DNA of 40,166 bases. It comes from Malassezia furfur. Taxonomy: Eukaryota. Below are positions 1 through 10,094 of the stretch, one piece after another. The first letter of the stretch is position 1. Every line of letters starts with the position of its first letter. Both the position numbers and the translations under genes were made by a program. The notes under the pieces are model-generated. The model searched no databases. It was not told where the DNA came from and was given only the letters and a program-made list of their open reading frames with translations. The stretch lies in the NCBI GenBank assembly GCA_052055015.1, contig JBQJIT010000054.1. One strand, given 5' to 3'.

Positions 1-1210
1 CGCGCGTCGACGGCGCGTCCGGCACCGACGACGGGCCGAGCGCGAGCGGCGACATGGCGAGGTCGCCGCCGCCGAGCGCGCGGCTCGGGGACGCGGGCGA
101 GTCGTACGTCGTCGCGAGCGAGTCGAACGACATCGTCGACGCGTTGCTGTGCCGCGTGAGCATGCCGGGGCTCGGGTGCGCAAAGTAGCTATAGCTCTGC
201 ACGTCGGCGCTGTTGGCGTCGGCGCCCGGCGCGTCCGGGCTGCTCGGCGTGGCGCCCGGCGCATCGGGACTGCTCGGCGTGGCGCCCGGCGCATCGGGGC
301 TGCTGGGCATGGCGCCCGGCGGGCCGCGCAGGCGCCGTCGTCGTGGCCGGTGCGATGCGGTCATGATGTGGTTCTCGATGCCGCGCCCAAAGCCCTTGGT
401 GGTCGGCGCACGCAGGTCGCCCTGCTCGAGCACGGTGCGCATCACATCGAGCGGCACCTCGTGCAGCTCGCGCATGCGCCGCGCGACCCACTGCGCGGTG
501 CCCTCGGTGGTGGGCGTCCCCAAATCGCGGACGCCGTCGATGCCGATCGTGTCGCACTGGAAGAACTCCTCGACGCGCCCGTTGGCAAACGTGCCCATGA
601 TGTGCGGCCCAATCTCGTACAGACTCGAGAGCGTGTGCAAGATGAGCAGCTCGGTGCGCCGCGAGAGCAGCGACTCACTTCCCACGCCATACACACGCAG
701 CAGCACCGTCGGTGGGCTGCACACGTACGGCCCGCCGGGCGGGCGGTAGCTCACGAAGAACACGGCGTTGGTGAGTGCGCCGCTGATGCGCTTCAGGTTC
801 ACGTAGTCGGGCCGCAGCGGGCGCAGCGCCTCGTCCACCTGGTCGTCCGTCCAGCCGGGGAGGGTCAGCACGTCGCGGAACATGTCGAGCACCTTGGCGC
901 GGAACGCCTCGGTCTTGGCCTTGCGCGCGTCCAGGTACCACCCCCGCGCAGCAGGGATGCCAGACGCGTGCATGTCCTCTTCGTCGTCGTCGAGGCGCTC
1001 CATGTCCTCGTCGTCCGACGCCGCTTCGGCCGCTTCGGTCACCGGCCCGCCGGGCGACCACGTCGCGGCAACGGGCATGTCCTCGAGCTCGTCGAGCTCA
1101 TCGAGCGTGAGGTTGTCAAGGTCCTCGCCAAAGGATTCGACAAACTCGGGCGACGGCGGGCGGTACCACGCCGACGGCGCGCGCCCCGCACCCTCACTCG
1201 TGGGGGACAT
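1..1210 (-). CDS. Choline/ethanolamine kinase, N-terminal part (runs off the window start)
   Basis: Manual translation from ATG at 1210 is open toward position 1 and reads LKRISGALTNAVFFVSY...PTVLLRVYG...LLSRRTELLILHTLSSLYEIGPHIMGTFANGRVEEFF...WVARRMRELHEVP, typical of the Cki1/Eki1 family N-lobe. Absent from the ORF track because no stop falls inside the window. Confidence 0.88.
   Translation of the reverse strand, partial: MSPTSEGAGRAPSAWYRPPSPEFVESFGEDLDNLTLDELDELEDMPVAATWSPGGPVTEAAEAASDDEDMERLDDDEEDMHASGIPAARGWYLDARKAKTEAFRAKVLDMFRDVLTLPGWTDDQVDEALRPLRPDYVNLKRISGALTNAVFFVSYRPPGGPYVCSPPTVLLRVYGVGSESLLSRRTELLILHTLSSLYEIGPHIMGTFANGRVEEFFQCDTIGIDGVRDLGTPTTEGTAQWVARRMRELHEVPLDVMRTVLEQGDLRAPTTKGFGRGIENHIMTASHRPRRRRLRGPPGAMPSSPDAPGATPSSPDAPGATPSSPDAPGADANSADVQSYSYFAHPSPGMLTRHSNASTMSFDSLATTYDSPASPSRALGGGDLAMSPLALGPSSVPDAPSTR
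221..320. repeat. 30-bp coding tandem repeat, about 3.3 copies, encoding (TPSSPDAPGA)n inside the kinase
   Basis: ggcgcccggcgc(g/a)tc(c/g)gg(g/a)ctgct(c/g)ggc(g/a)t recurs at 221, 251 and 281, with a partial copy at 311. Confidence 0.9.
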
Positions 1211-1266
1211 GCGGTCGATAAGCCGGAAGAAATCGGGAAATCGGGCTCTATGAACGCGCGGCGTTA

Positions 1267-3808
1267 CTACAACAGCGTCTCCTCGAGCCAGCCGTGGTGC
1301 CGGCGCGGGCGCGGCGTCTGCGCCTTGCTGAGCGCCGGCTGCTTGGCGCGCGGGCGGCCGAGGCGCGCATCGAGGCCCACAAGCACCGCGTCGAGCACCT
1401 GGTCGACGAGCGCCGCGTCCTCAAACTTGGCCCATGCGTCGCTCTGCTGCTCGCCGAGGCGCGCGTGGAAGAGCGGCGCCTCGTACAGCGCATGACCGAC
1501 GCGCTCGCCCAGCAGCAGCGCCTGCGTGAGCCAGTGGCTCGTCTCGAGCACAAACGCAAGCATCGTGCTCAGCGTAATCGAGCGGTTCGGCGGCGAGCCG
1601 CCGGCGTAGGCGCCGGTCACCGCCTGCAGCTCGTCCGGCGACGCACGCGCGTGCAGGTTGCGCACCACCACGCCCGCGTACACGGCCGCCTCGACCTCGG
1701 CGCGCGTCCAGTTGTGCCGCGTGCGCAGCTGACCGAGACGCTCGTGGTTCGCGACGATCGCATACCGCAGCGCCGCCGCAAACGCCCACAGGTCCTGCGG
1801 CAGCGCACGCAGCTGGGGCAGCAGCGCGTGGTGCGCGTACAACCACAGGTCCACACGCGTCTCCTCGGGGAGCTCGGGCACAAACAGCGGCTTGGCCTCG
1901 TCGCCCTCGCCGCGGTGCGCAGCCAGGACGTCCGAGAGCGCCTTGGACAGCGGCGCTTCGGTGCGCTGCGCCACGCTGTCGAGCAGGTCGACGAGCGGGG
2001 GCACAGGCACCTCGTCCTTGCGCAGCGAGTACTCGGTGCGCGTGTATTCGGTGATCTTGGGCAGCGACGCAAGGTACGCATCCTGCTCGGTCTGCTCGAT
2101 GACGCGCTGCACGAGGTTTTCGTCCTCGAGCTCCTCGTCGTCCTCACCCTCCTCTTCGTCGTCCTCGTCGTCGTCCTCGTCGTCGTCCTCGTCGTCGTCC
2201 TCGTCGTCGTCCTCGCCCTTCTCGGGCGCCTCGTCCTCCTCAATCGTGGCCTTCTCGAGCTCCTCGACGAGCTCCGGCTCGGGGTCCTTGGCGTCAGGGT
2301 GCGCCGCCAACCACACGCCGAGCAGCGCCGACCACACAAACGTGCGCAGGCCGCGCACGACGACGCGCTGGCTCGGCGGCTCCTCGGGCTCCTCGAGGAA
2401 CACGCGCGCAATGTAGATGCGCTCGAGCAGCACCGACACCAGCACCTGGTCGAGCTGGCGCTTCCAGTAGGCGTCCTGGTACGGCTGCAGCGCGCCGACC
2501 TCGGTCTTCTCCATGAACCGGTCGATCGCCTCGTCGCGGTTGCCCGGCATGAACGCGAGCGCGACAGTGTGCATGTTGAGCACGATCGCCTTGCGCATCT
2601 CCCACGACACGGTGATCTGTGCGCCGCGGCGCTTGCGGCCGTACTCGACGAGCGCGTCAAAGGTCTGCGCCAGCAGCCGCAGCACCGGGTCGCGCAGGTC
2701 GATCGCGTGCTCGCCCGCCTCTGTGTCGGTGGGCGTGGCATCGCTCTGCTCTTTGATCGCAGTGTACTGCTGCGCAAGCACCTGCGCAATCACCGGCATG
2801 CGGTTGTTCACGCCGTGGAACACGGTGTTGAACAGCTCGACGTGCTCCGTCGAGCGCTGCTCGGTGCCAACGAGCGCCGCAAACACAGGCAGCAGGTTCA
2901 TCGGGATCTTGAGCTGCGCCGCCGCGCGCCCGGACGAGAAGCAGCGGAAGCGCACCGACTCCTCGCGCAGCGCCTCGCGCTCCGCCGGCAGCACCGGCTT
3001 GCGCAGCACGTGGGGGAGGTTGGCGAGCTTTGCGGCGGCCTGCTGCTTCTTGCCGCGCTTGCTCTTTGCCGTGCTCACGGTCGTGAAGCCGTCGTCGTCG
3101 TCGGCAGGCGCCTCTTCCTGCACACCGGCGCCCGTCTCCTTGGCAATGAACTCGATCGAGCCGAGCGGCACGTAGCCCTTGCACTGCGGCGCGTTGCCGC
3201 ACAGCACAAGGAAGTCCGAGTCACGGCTCAGCACGTAGCCCGAACGCTCGTCAGCAAGCTGCGCAATCGCCACGTCGACCTCCTCGGCGCCGACCTGCGT
3301 CTCGACATCGTACTTGTCGAGCACGCTGAACAGGCACTCGCTCAGGCCGGGCGGCAGAATGCGGCCGTGCTCAAACTCGGGGTCCGTGCGCAGCTTCGTG
3401 CCCGCGCGCATCAGCTTCGCGTTGAGGCGCACATAGTTCTGCGTGCGCGACAGCGTCGCGCCGAGCTTTTGGTGCAGGCGGGGGCCGTCGATCACCACGA
3501 CCAGGTGGAAGCCGGCGGCGCTGCGTGAGTCGTGCACAAACGTACCGCAGCGTGTCAATCCACGTGCCGAGCAGCAGCTCAAACGCGACCGTCGAGCCGC
3601 CCTGATACACGTTGGTGTTCATCGAGTGCCAGACGTAGTGCACCCATGCCCACGCATCGATCACGAGCCAGTCGCCCTTGGCCTCGAGCTGCGCGGGCTC
3701 GCCATCGACGAGCGCCGAGCCGCTCCCGTGCGGCACTGGCAGCGTCAGCTCACTCGAGATGAGACGCTCCGTTTCGTTCGCCCAGCGCGTCAGTCCGAGC
3801 ACACCCAT
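1267..3808 (-). CDS. Asteroid/FAM120-like XPG/PIN-domain protein; 2 exons (3808-3546, 3520-1267)
   Basis: N-terminus MGVLGLTRW...WLVIDAWAWVH, then VVVIDG and EEVDVAIAQLADERSGYVLSRDSDFLV match PIN/XPG-I acidic motifs. A 25-nt intron GTACG...CTCAC.GCAG (3545-3521) joins the two ORFs in frame. Confidence 0.8.
2156..2215. repeat. 12-bp coding tandem repeat encoding an acidic (DDDE)n tract
   Basis: About 5 copies of tcgtcgtcctcg inside the Asteroid-like CDS. Confidence 0.85.
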
Positions 3809-3927
3809 GATGTCTACGAAGAAGGAAGTGAGGCGCACGTGATGCCCGTGCGGGCCGGGGGCGAGGTGGAGGGACAGAGCGGTGCGGGGCGTCCGGCGGC
3901 GCCGCACGGGGCACAAGGCGCCGCTCG

Positions 3928-4705
3928 TTACTCGTCGTCGTCAAATTCGTCGTCGTCGTCGTCGTCGTCCTCGGCATCCTCCTCGTCAAACACGTCGCTC
4001 GACTCGTCGTCGCTGTCCCCGTAGTCCTCCTCCTCATCGCTCCCATCGTCCTCGGCGTCGTCCTCGGCGTCGTCTGCATCCTCCTCAGCCTTGACACGCC
4101 GCTTCTTTTTGGGCGACGGCGCATAACGCACAGGCGTCTTGCGCGTGCGCTTCGCTGGCAGGTCCTCGGGCGGCGGCTTGAGGTCGTCGTCGTCGTCGCT
4201 CTCGTCCTTCGCCGCTTTCTTCGAGGGCGCCTTCCGCTTCGGAGGCTTGGCCTCGTCCGCCTTGTCCGCGTCCTCTTCGGCCGCCTTCTCGCGCTCACGC
4301 TCGCGCCAATGCTCCTCCTTCTCGCGCAGGCACGGCGTGATGTCCTCCTCACGAAGCCGGCCGAGTTTAAAGGCTGTGGTGACCGACTCTTGGTCGCTCG
4401 GCTCGAGGTCCTCAAACCCATCCTGCGTGAGTGCGCCACGTACGAGCTCTTTGGGGTCGTCTTCAACCTCGTTCTTGACGTGCGCCAGGACGCGGTCGGT
4501 CGTGCTGCGTGAGTGTCGTGTGCCGTACCATCCCCAATGCCGCCAAATCATCGACTGCGTTAACGTCGTCACGTACCGTGTGCCCCTGGATCTCGGTCAA
4601 AACCCCAAGCCGCAGCTGGCCCTTCTCGATCTTGGTGCCCGCACACGGCTGCGGGCCGTGGCACGACGCGCGCCCCGTCGACGCGTACTCAATCCGGTAG
4701 GGCAT
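3928..4705 (-). CDS. Stand-alone PARP-type zinc-finger protein with an acidic/basic tail; 3 exons
   Basis: YRIEYASTGRASC...C..TKIEKGQLRLG. Removing introns 4576-4555 (22 nt) and 4528-4505 (24 nt) restores WRHWGC, the zf-PARP His/Cys motif. Confidence 0.85.
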
Positions 4706-4731
4706 GGCGCGACGCGAAGCTGACTAAGCAT

Positions 4732-5558
4732 CTATGTCGGTGCGGCCGCCTCGTCGAGCAGGACATACTCGCGGCGGCTGGCGCCAAACTGGCAGGTGTC
4801 GCCGGAACGTAGCTCGTAGTAGCGCGACGCGGGTACCTCTTCGCCGTTGACAGTGCTCCCGTTGGCTGACTCCAAGTCGATCAAAAAGGGTCTAGGTCAG
4901 CGGCCGTACGTACTGGACATAGCGCTGCTCGTCGCCAAACTCGTTGCGTTTCGTGACGAGGCGGAACTGGATCACAGCATGTTGCTTTGAGCATGACGGG
5001 TGCTCCACAGGGATATCGGCGACCGTGCGGTCGCGGCCGAGCAGGTAGCACGACTGGCGCCCAAGCACGAGCATGTCAGGGTAAGCGAAGACCATACGTA
5101 CCGACTTCCTTGCCGTCCTTGAATACAAATAGGCGCCAGTTTGTGGCTGGACGCCGCGCCTCCGGTGGTTCGTGGTACTTGAGAGCGACACCATTGAGGC
5201 TGTTGCTCTCCTTAGCCAAGAGTCCAGAGGGCGCAAAGTTGGGCGCATACGATGCGCCTGGCCGCTCGCTCGGGCGCTCGCTCGGCGAACGCGAGCGGCG
5301 TGCATCGCGCTCGCGGCGCTCGTGCCGGTCCGAGCGGCTGTGCCGCGCCGTGGTATCGTCGTCATCGCGCCGCGGACGCTCGGACCGCGAACGCTCAGAC
5401 CGCTCGCGGTCGCGGCGGTCGTGGCGTGCGCCGTCGTCGTCGTCGCGCCGCGACCTGTGTGATCGCCGTTCGTCGTCGTAGCGCGACCGCCGTTCGGCGC
5501 GGTCGCGGTCGTCGTCAGACCGCCGCGCGGCACGTTCCCTGCGCTCGGCGTCGGACAT
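4732..5558 (-). CDS. PML1: FHA-domain RES-complex subunit, SNIP1/Pml1 homolog; 3 exons
   Basis: RD/RS-rich N-terminus, PNFAPSGLLAKESN, LKYHEPPEARRP..NWRLFVFK, FHA motifs YLLGRD, HPSCSKQHAVIQFR and PFLIDLESANGSTVNG. Introns 5101-5077 (25 nt, ends TG) and 4913-4892 (22 nt). TAG at 4734-4732. Confidence 0.88.
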
Positions 5559-5630
5559 GACGCAAAGGTGAGTCAGCTCCACATGTCCTTTTTTTTGGCT
5601 TCCCACTGCCACTTTCGAAGAACGCACAGC

Positions 5631-8345
5631 ATGGGGACGGTGCGTGGCGCCGATGCAGGTGTAGACGCGTTTGTGGCGTCGCTGCACGCCACGGCCCAGG
5701 CCGAGTCATCGAAGCCGTTGATGCGCGCGACGCTATACACAGTGGATGCGGCCGACGGGCCACATTCGCTGCTGTCCTGGCGGACGCAGGAGTATGCGTA
5801 CCGCCAGTTTAGCCAAGACAAGGACGAGCTGCCGACGCTGGCGCGCGGCCTGTTTACGGAGCGGTTCGAGACGCCCGACGGCCCACACGAGCGCATCGTC
5901 GTGCGTGGATACGACAAATTTTTCAACGTCGGCGAGCTGGGCTGGACGCGACCCGAGGCGATTGCCGCGGCCTCTGAGGGCCCCTACACGGTGTCGTACA
6001 AGGAGAACGGGTGCATCATTTTTGTCGCAGCACTCACGCCCACCGAGCTCGTCATCACCTCGAAACACGCCATTGCCGGGCGCGACGACGACGAAGAGCG
6101 CGTAAGCCACTCGGCGATGGGCCGCACCTGGCTCGAACGGCACCTGGAGCGCAGCGGCAAGACGCAGGCGGACCTCGCCGCGGACTTGTGGCACCGCAAC
6201 GAGACCGCGGTGCTCGAGCTGTGTGACGATGCGTTCGAGGAGCACGTCCTGGCGTATACCCCAGAGCGTTCGGGACTGCACATGCACGGCCTGAACGCCA
6301 ACACCAAGGACTTTGCGACGCGTCCCATGGACGAGGTGCGCGCGTTTGCTGAGACGTACGGCTTCCTGCCTGTGCGCTTCCACACGTTCGAGACGCTTGC
6401 GGACGTCGACGCCTTTGCCGCCGAGGTCGGCAAGACGGGCTCGCTGCACGGCGAGCCGATCGAGGGGTTTGTGGTGCGGACGACCATGCCGCAGACGTAC
6501 GCGAGCGATGCACCGCGTCCGCCGTATGCGCCTGGCCAGGTTTGGTTCTACAAGATCAAGTTCGACGAGCCCTACCTCATGTACCGCGACTGGCGCGAGC
6601 TGACGCGCACCATGCTCAAGGAGCACGATGCGTGGCGCGCGCAAAACCCGCTCGCGGACGCGATGGAGCGCGCGACGCTCGAAGAGGCGCCCGCGCAGGA
6701 CAGCACGCCCGACCCGGCGGTCGTGCAGGCGCAGCAAGACTTTGCCGCGGGGCGCATCAGCAAGAGCGAGCTGAAGCGCGTGCAGGCAAAGACAAAGCGC
6801 AAGCAGCAGGCGAAGAACAAGGCGGACCGTGCCGCAGGAAACGCGCGGCCGACGCCGCCGACGCCGCGCTCCCTGCGGAAAGAGACGTGGCTGTACGCGC
6901 AGTGGTGCTTTGACCTGCTCTACGGCAACCCCGAGAAGCAGGTCACGGCGCAGCCCGAGCTGTTTGCCGCCTTTGCGCAGGGCCACGGGATCATTGCGCT
7001 CCGCGAAAAGTTCCTCGCGTACCTCGCGACGCCGGAGGGTCAGGCGGCGCTTGCGGCGACCGGCGGGCGCGGCGGTCCTGCGCGCGACCTGCGCGCCGAC
7101 GACCGCCCGTTCACCAAGACGCTGATTGTCCCGATCGCCGTGCCTGGGTGCGGCAAGACGGCGCTGGGCGTCGCGCTCGCACAGCTGTTTGGCTGGGCGC
7201 ACGTGCAGAGCGACGACGTGACGACGAAGCGCACGGGTCCCGCATTCTTGAGCAACGTGCAAAAGGCGCTTGAGACGCACGACGTGGTAATTGCCGACCG
7301 CAACAACCACCTGCGCAAGCACCGCGACGAGATCGTCGACCTGGTGCGCCGCGTCAGTGGCCCGCAAAAGAACGGGCAGCAGGGCCCGCGCGTGCGTCTT
7401 GTGGCGCTCGCGTGGCGCCTCGATGGCCTGTCGCACGCCGCCATCCAGCACGTGTGTGCCGCACGCATCGTCGACCGCGGCGATCGGCACCAGTGTCTGC
7501 GCGTCGAGGACCGCAACGCGCCGTTCCAGTACGACGCGATTCTCACGCGCTTCCTCAAGGAGATCCAGACCTTCCAAGGGCAGACGAGCGGTGAGGGCTC
7601 CGTCGGCGCGTCCGACGAGCAGTTCGCCGAGGCTATCTGGATGGAGCTGGACACGCCGCTCGATGCGGCGCTCCAGCACGTGCTCGAGGTGCTGTGCCCC
7701 ATGCTCGGGCTGCCGATGCCGAGTGACGCAGAGCGCGTGCGTGCGCTGGAAGCCGCACGCACGTACGCGCCCACGACGAAAAAGGCGCTGCCGGACGTCG
7801 CGCGCGAGGACCCCACCAAGGTGCATCCCACGTCGTACATTGGCGTGTTTGTTCACGTGAACGTCCTCGACTTAGTGCTGCAGCAGCTCGCGATGCTCCC
7901 GGAGGAGGTACGCGCGCAGGCCATGCCGCTGATTGAGGCGATGCGGCAAAATGGGCGCGTTATGAACCGGCAGCACGTCACACTCGTGCACCGCAGCGAC
8001 CAGGACGCCGAGGCTGCCGCGCTGTGGGACGAGCTGTACCCGATTTCGATCCGCAATGCGGCCGATCGGCCTGCGTTCACGCTGCACGCCGCGGCGCTCT
8101 GCTGGAACGACGACGTGATGGCGCTCGAGATCGACCGCATGCGCTCCGATGCACTGCCGGACGTGACCGAAGACGTGCTGCGCCGGCGGCAGCGCACAGC
8201 GCACATCACCGTCGGCACGCGCGACGCAAGTGTACAGGCCTACGAGGCACGTCGCATATTTACCGGCGACCCCGGCGTGCACCGCGCCGAGCTGCATGCG
8301 CGCGACCTGCCCGGCGTGCTGGGCTTCCATAGCAACCCCAAGTAG
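5631..8345 (+). CDS. TRL1: Fungal trifunctional tRNA ligase (ligase-kinase-cyclic phosphodiesterase)
   Basis: ARGLF, RGYDKFFN, motif I KENG, EGFVVR, FYKIKFDEPYLMYRDWRE, P-loop GCGKT, ADRNNH, and 2H motifs HVT and HITVGT. An alternative in-frame ATG lies at 5583. Confidence 0.95.
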   Translation: MGTVRGADAGVDAFVASLHATAQAESSKPLMRATLYTVDAADGPHSLLSWRTQEYAYRQFSQDKDELPTLARGLFTERFETPDGPHERIVVRGYDKFFNVGELGWTRPEAIAAASEGPYTVSYKENGCIIFVAALTPTELVITSKHAIAGRDDDEERVSHSAMGRTWLERHLERSGKTQADLAADLWHRNETAVLELCDDAFEEHVLAYTPERSGLHMHGLNANTKDFATRPMDEVRAFAETYGFLPVRFHTFETLADVDAFAAEVGKTGSLHGEPIEGFVVRTTMPQTYASDAPRPPYAPGQVWFYKIKFDEPYLMYRDWRELTRTMLKEHDAWRAQNPLADAMERATLEEAPAQDSTPDPAVVQAQQDFAAGRISKSELKRVQAKTKRKQQAKNKADRAAGNARPTPPTPRSLRKETWLYAQWCFDLLYGNPEKQVTAQPELFAAFAQGHGIIALREKFLAYLATPEGQAALAATGGRGGPARDLRADDRPFTKTLIVPIAVPGCGKTALGVALAQLFGWAHVQSDDVTTKRTGPAFLSNVQKALETHDVVIADRNNHLRKHRDEIVDLVRRVSGPQKNGQQGPRVRLVALAWRLDGLSHAAIQHVCAARIVDRGDRHQCLRVEDRNAPFQYDAILTRFLKEIQTFQGQTSGEGSVGASDEQFAEAIWMELDTPLDAALQHVLEVLCPMLGLPMPSDAERVRALEAARTYAPTTKKALPDVAREDPTKVHPTSYIGVFVHVNVLDLVLQQLAMLPEEVRAQAMPLIEAMRQNGRVMNRQHVTLVHRSDQDAEAAALWDELYPISIRNAADRPAFTLHAAALCWNDDVMALEIDRMRSDALPDVTEDVLRRRQRTAHITVGTRDASVQAYEARRIFTGDPGVHRAELHARDLPGVLGFHSNPK

Positions 8346-8484
8346 CTCGTTGCACCGCTGCGCACGGACCGCATGGGTGGAGGTGGGGCAGAGCAGATAG
8401 GCCAGGAGGCCGATTAATTGCCCCAAGGTGCAGGGCTCCACCTTATCAGGCGCGTCGCTGCGCGTCGCTGCGTGTCTCGATACC

Positions 8485-10018
8485 ATGTCGTCGGACCTTG
8501 CATTCCCCGACAAAGCATCCGTGAGCGTTTCCGACGCCTCGCCGGAGCTCGAGCACCACACTGTGCACACGGGCGCTGCTGCACTCGTCCCTGAAGAGGT
8601 CAGCGAGGCCGAGCGCCGGCATGTACTGCACAAACTCGACTGGCTCCTGCTCCCGCTCGCAAGCGGGTGCGTGCTCCTCCAAATGCTCGACAAGACGCTC
8701 ATTAACTATGCAAATCTGATGAATTTCCGTGCGGATCTCGGCCTCGAGAAGCAGGAGTACTCATGGCTGGGCAGCATTTTCTATTTCGGCTACCTCGCCG
8801 GCACGCCGCTCCACGCCATTGCCCTGCAGAAATTCACGCTCAGCCCATACATCTCGTTGGTGGTGATCATCTGGGGCGCGGTGCTTGCATGCCATGCGGC
8901 TGCGCTCAGCTGCGGCTCGTTTCTCACTGTGCGCTTTTTCCTGGGCTTTTTTGAGGCAGCCATCAACCCGGGCTTCATCCTCCTGACCGGCCGCTTTTAC
9001 ACACGCGCGGAGCAGGTAATCCGCGTGGCCATCTGGTACTCGATGAACGGCTTTGCAATGATCGTGGGCGGCGCAATGACCTACGGCATCCTTATCCACC
9101 CGGCGCCGACGCTCAACCGCTGGCAGGAGATGTTTGTGGGCGTCGGCGTCATTACCGTGTCGTTTGGCATCCTGTGCTTGTACGTGCGCACACTCACCCA
9201 GCTTCATTATGCCCTCCTCCCCCGAGACGACCAAATACCTCACCGAGCGCCAGCGCGGCGTCGCTGTCCTCCGTGTCGCGTCCAACAAGTCGGGCATCCA
9301 CGACACGCGCATCAAGAAGTACCAGGTGATCGAGGCCCTGACCGATATCCGGCTGTACATCTTCTTCCTCGCGTTTTGTACCGTGAACATCACCAACGGC
9401 GGGATCAGCATCTTTGCATCGCAGATCATTACCGCCTTTCACTTCTCCAACCCCAAGGCCGCGCTCCTTGGTATGTGCCAGGGCGCCGGCGAAGTTGTGG
9501 CCGTGGTGATTGGTACAGCGCTGTTCCTATGGCTCGGCCGCCGCGACGTTCCGTGCCTGTTTGGCTACGCGGTGGCCATTGCCGGTGGCGTGATGATGAC
9601 TGCGTTGGATTCGAGCCAGTCGGTGTCGCGCATGGCCGGCCTGACCCTGCTCTACTTTTTCCCGGTGTCCTACCCCATGTTTTACAGCTGGATGAGCGGC
9701 GCCGTGTCGGGCACGACGAAGCGGATCATCTTCAATGCCGTGCTCCAGATTGCCTATTGTGTAGGCAACATCATCGGGCCTCAGGTGTACCAGAGCAAAT
9801 ACGCGCCGCAATACACCGTCGCCAAGACGATCGACTTTGTGATGTTTGCTGTGTCGGCAGGTTTTGTGATGTGCCTCACAGCCGTGCATTTTACGTGGAA
9901 TCGGCAGCGTGATCGGCAAGCGTCGTACGCGGACAAGCTTGACCAGGAGGAGCAGCTCGATGTGGACCTGTCCGACCTCACCGACAAGGAGCGCCCCTCC
10001 TATAGATACCCGTATTGA
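8485..10018 (+). CDS. MFS transporter, allantoate permease (Dal5/ACS) family, copy A; 2 exons
   Basis: LHKLDWLLLP, QMLDK, WLGSIFYFGYL, RFFLGFFEA, GNIIGPQ, C-terminal DLTDKE..YRY. A 22-nt intron at 9180-9201 (gtacgt...ctcacccag) joins the two frames. Confidence 0.9.
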
Positions 10019-10094
10019 CGTTCCGTTGTATTGTTGTAGTGGAAAATGTACCCATATTTCCGACGTGGAGGGATGTGGTCCGTGCCGCACCATC

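Noticed and set aside
221..320. Regularly spaced 30-bp repeats as a possible CRISPR array
   Set aside because: The copies are contiguous with no unique spacers, stay in frame within a eukaryotic CDS, and have no cas genes nearby.
149..1495. 448-aa plus-strand ORF
   Set aside because: Antisense shadow of the GC-rich choline kinase gene. It starts at GTG, is Arg/Ala-rich and has no recognisable motifs.
1294..3528. 744-aa plus-strand ORF with an apparent hydrophobic LVVV repeat
   Set aside because: Antisense of the Asteroid-like gene. The Val/Leu run is the reverse complement of the Asp/Glu tract.
5733..7856. 707-aa minus-strand ORF
   Set aside because: Antisense shadow of TRL1 caused by high GC3 codon bias.
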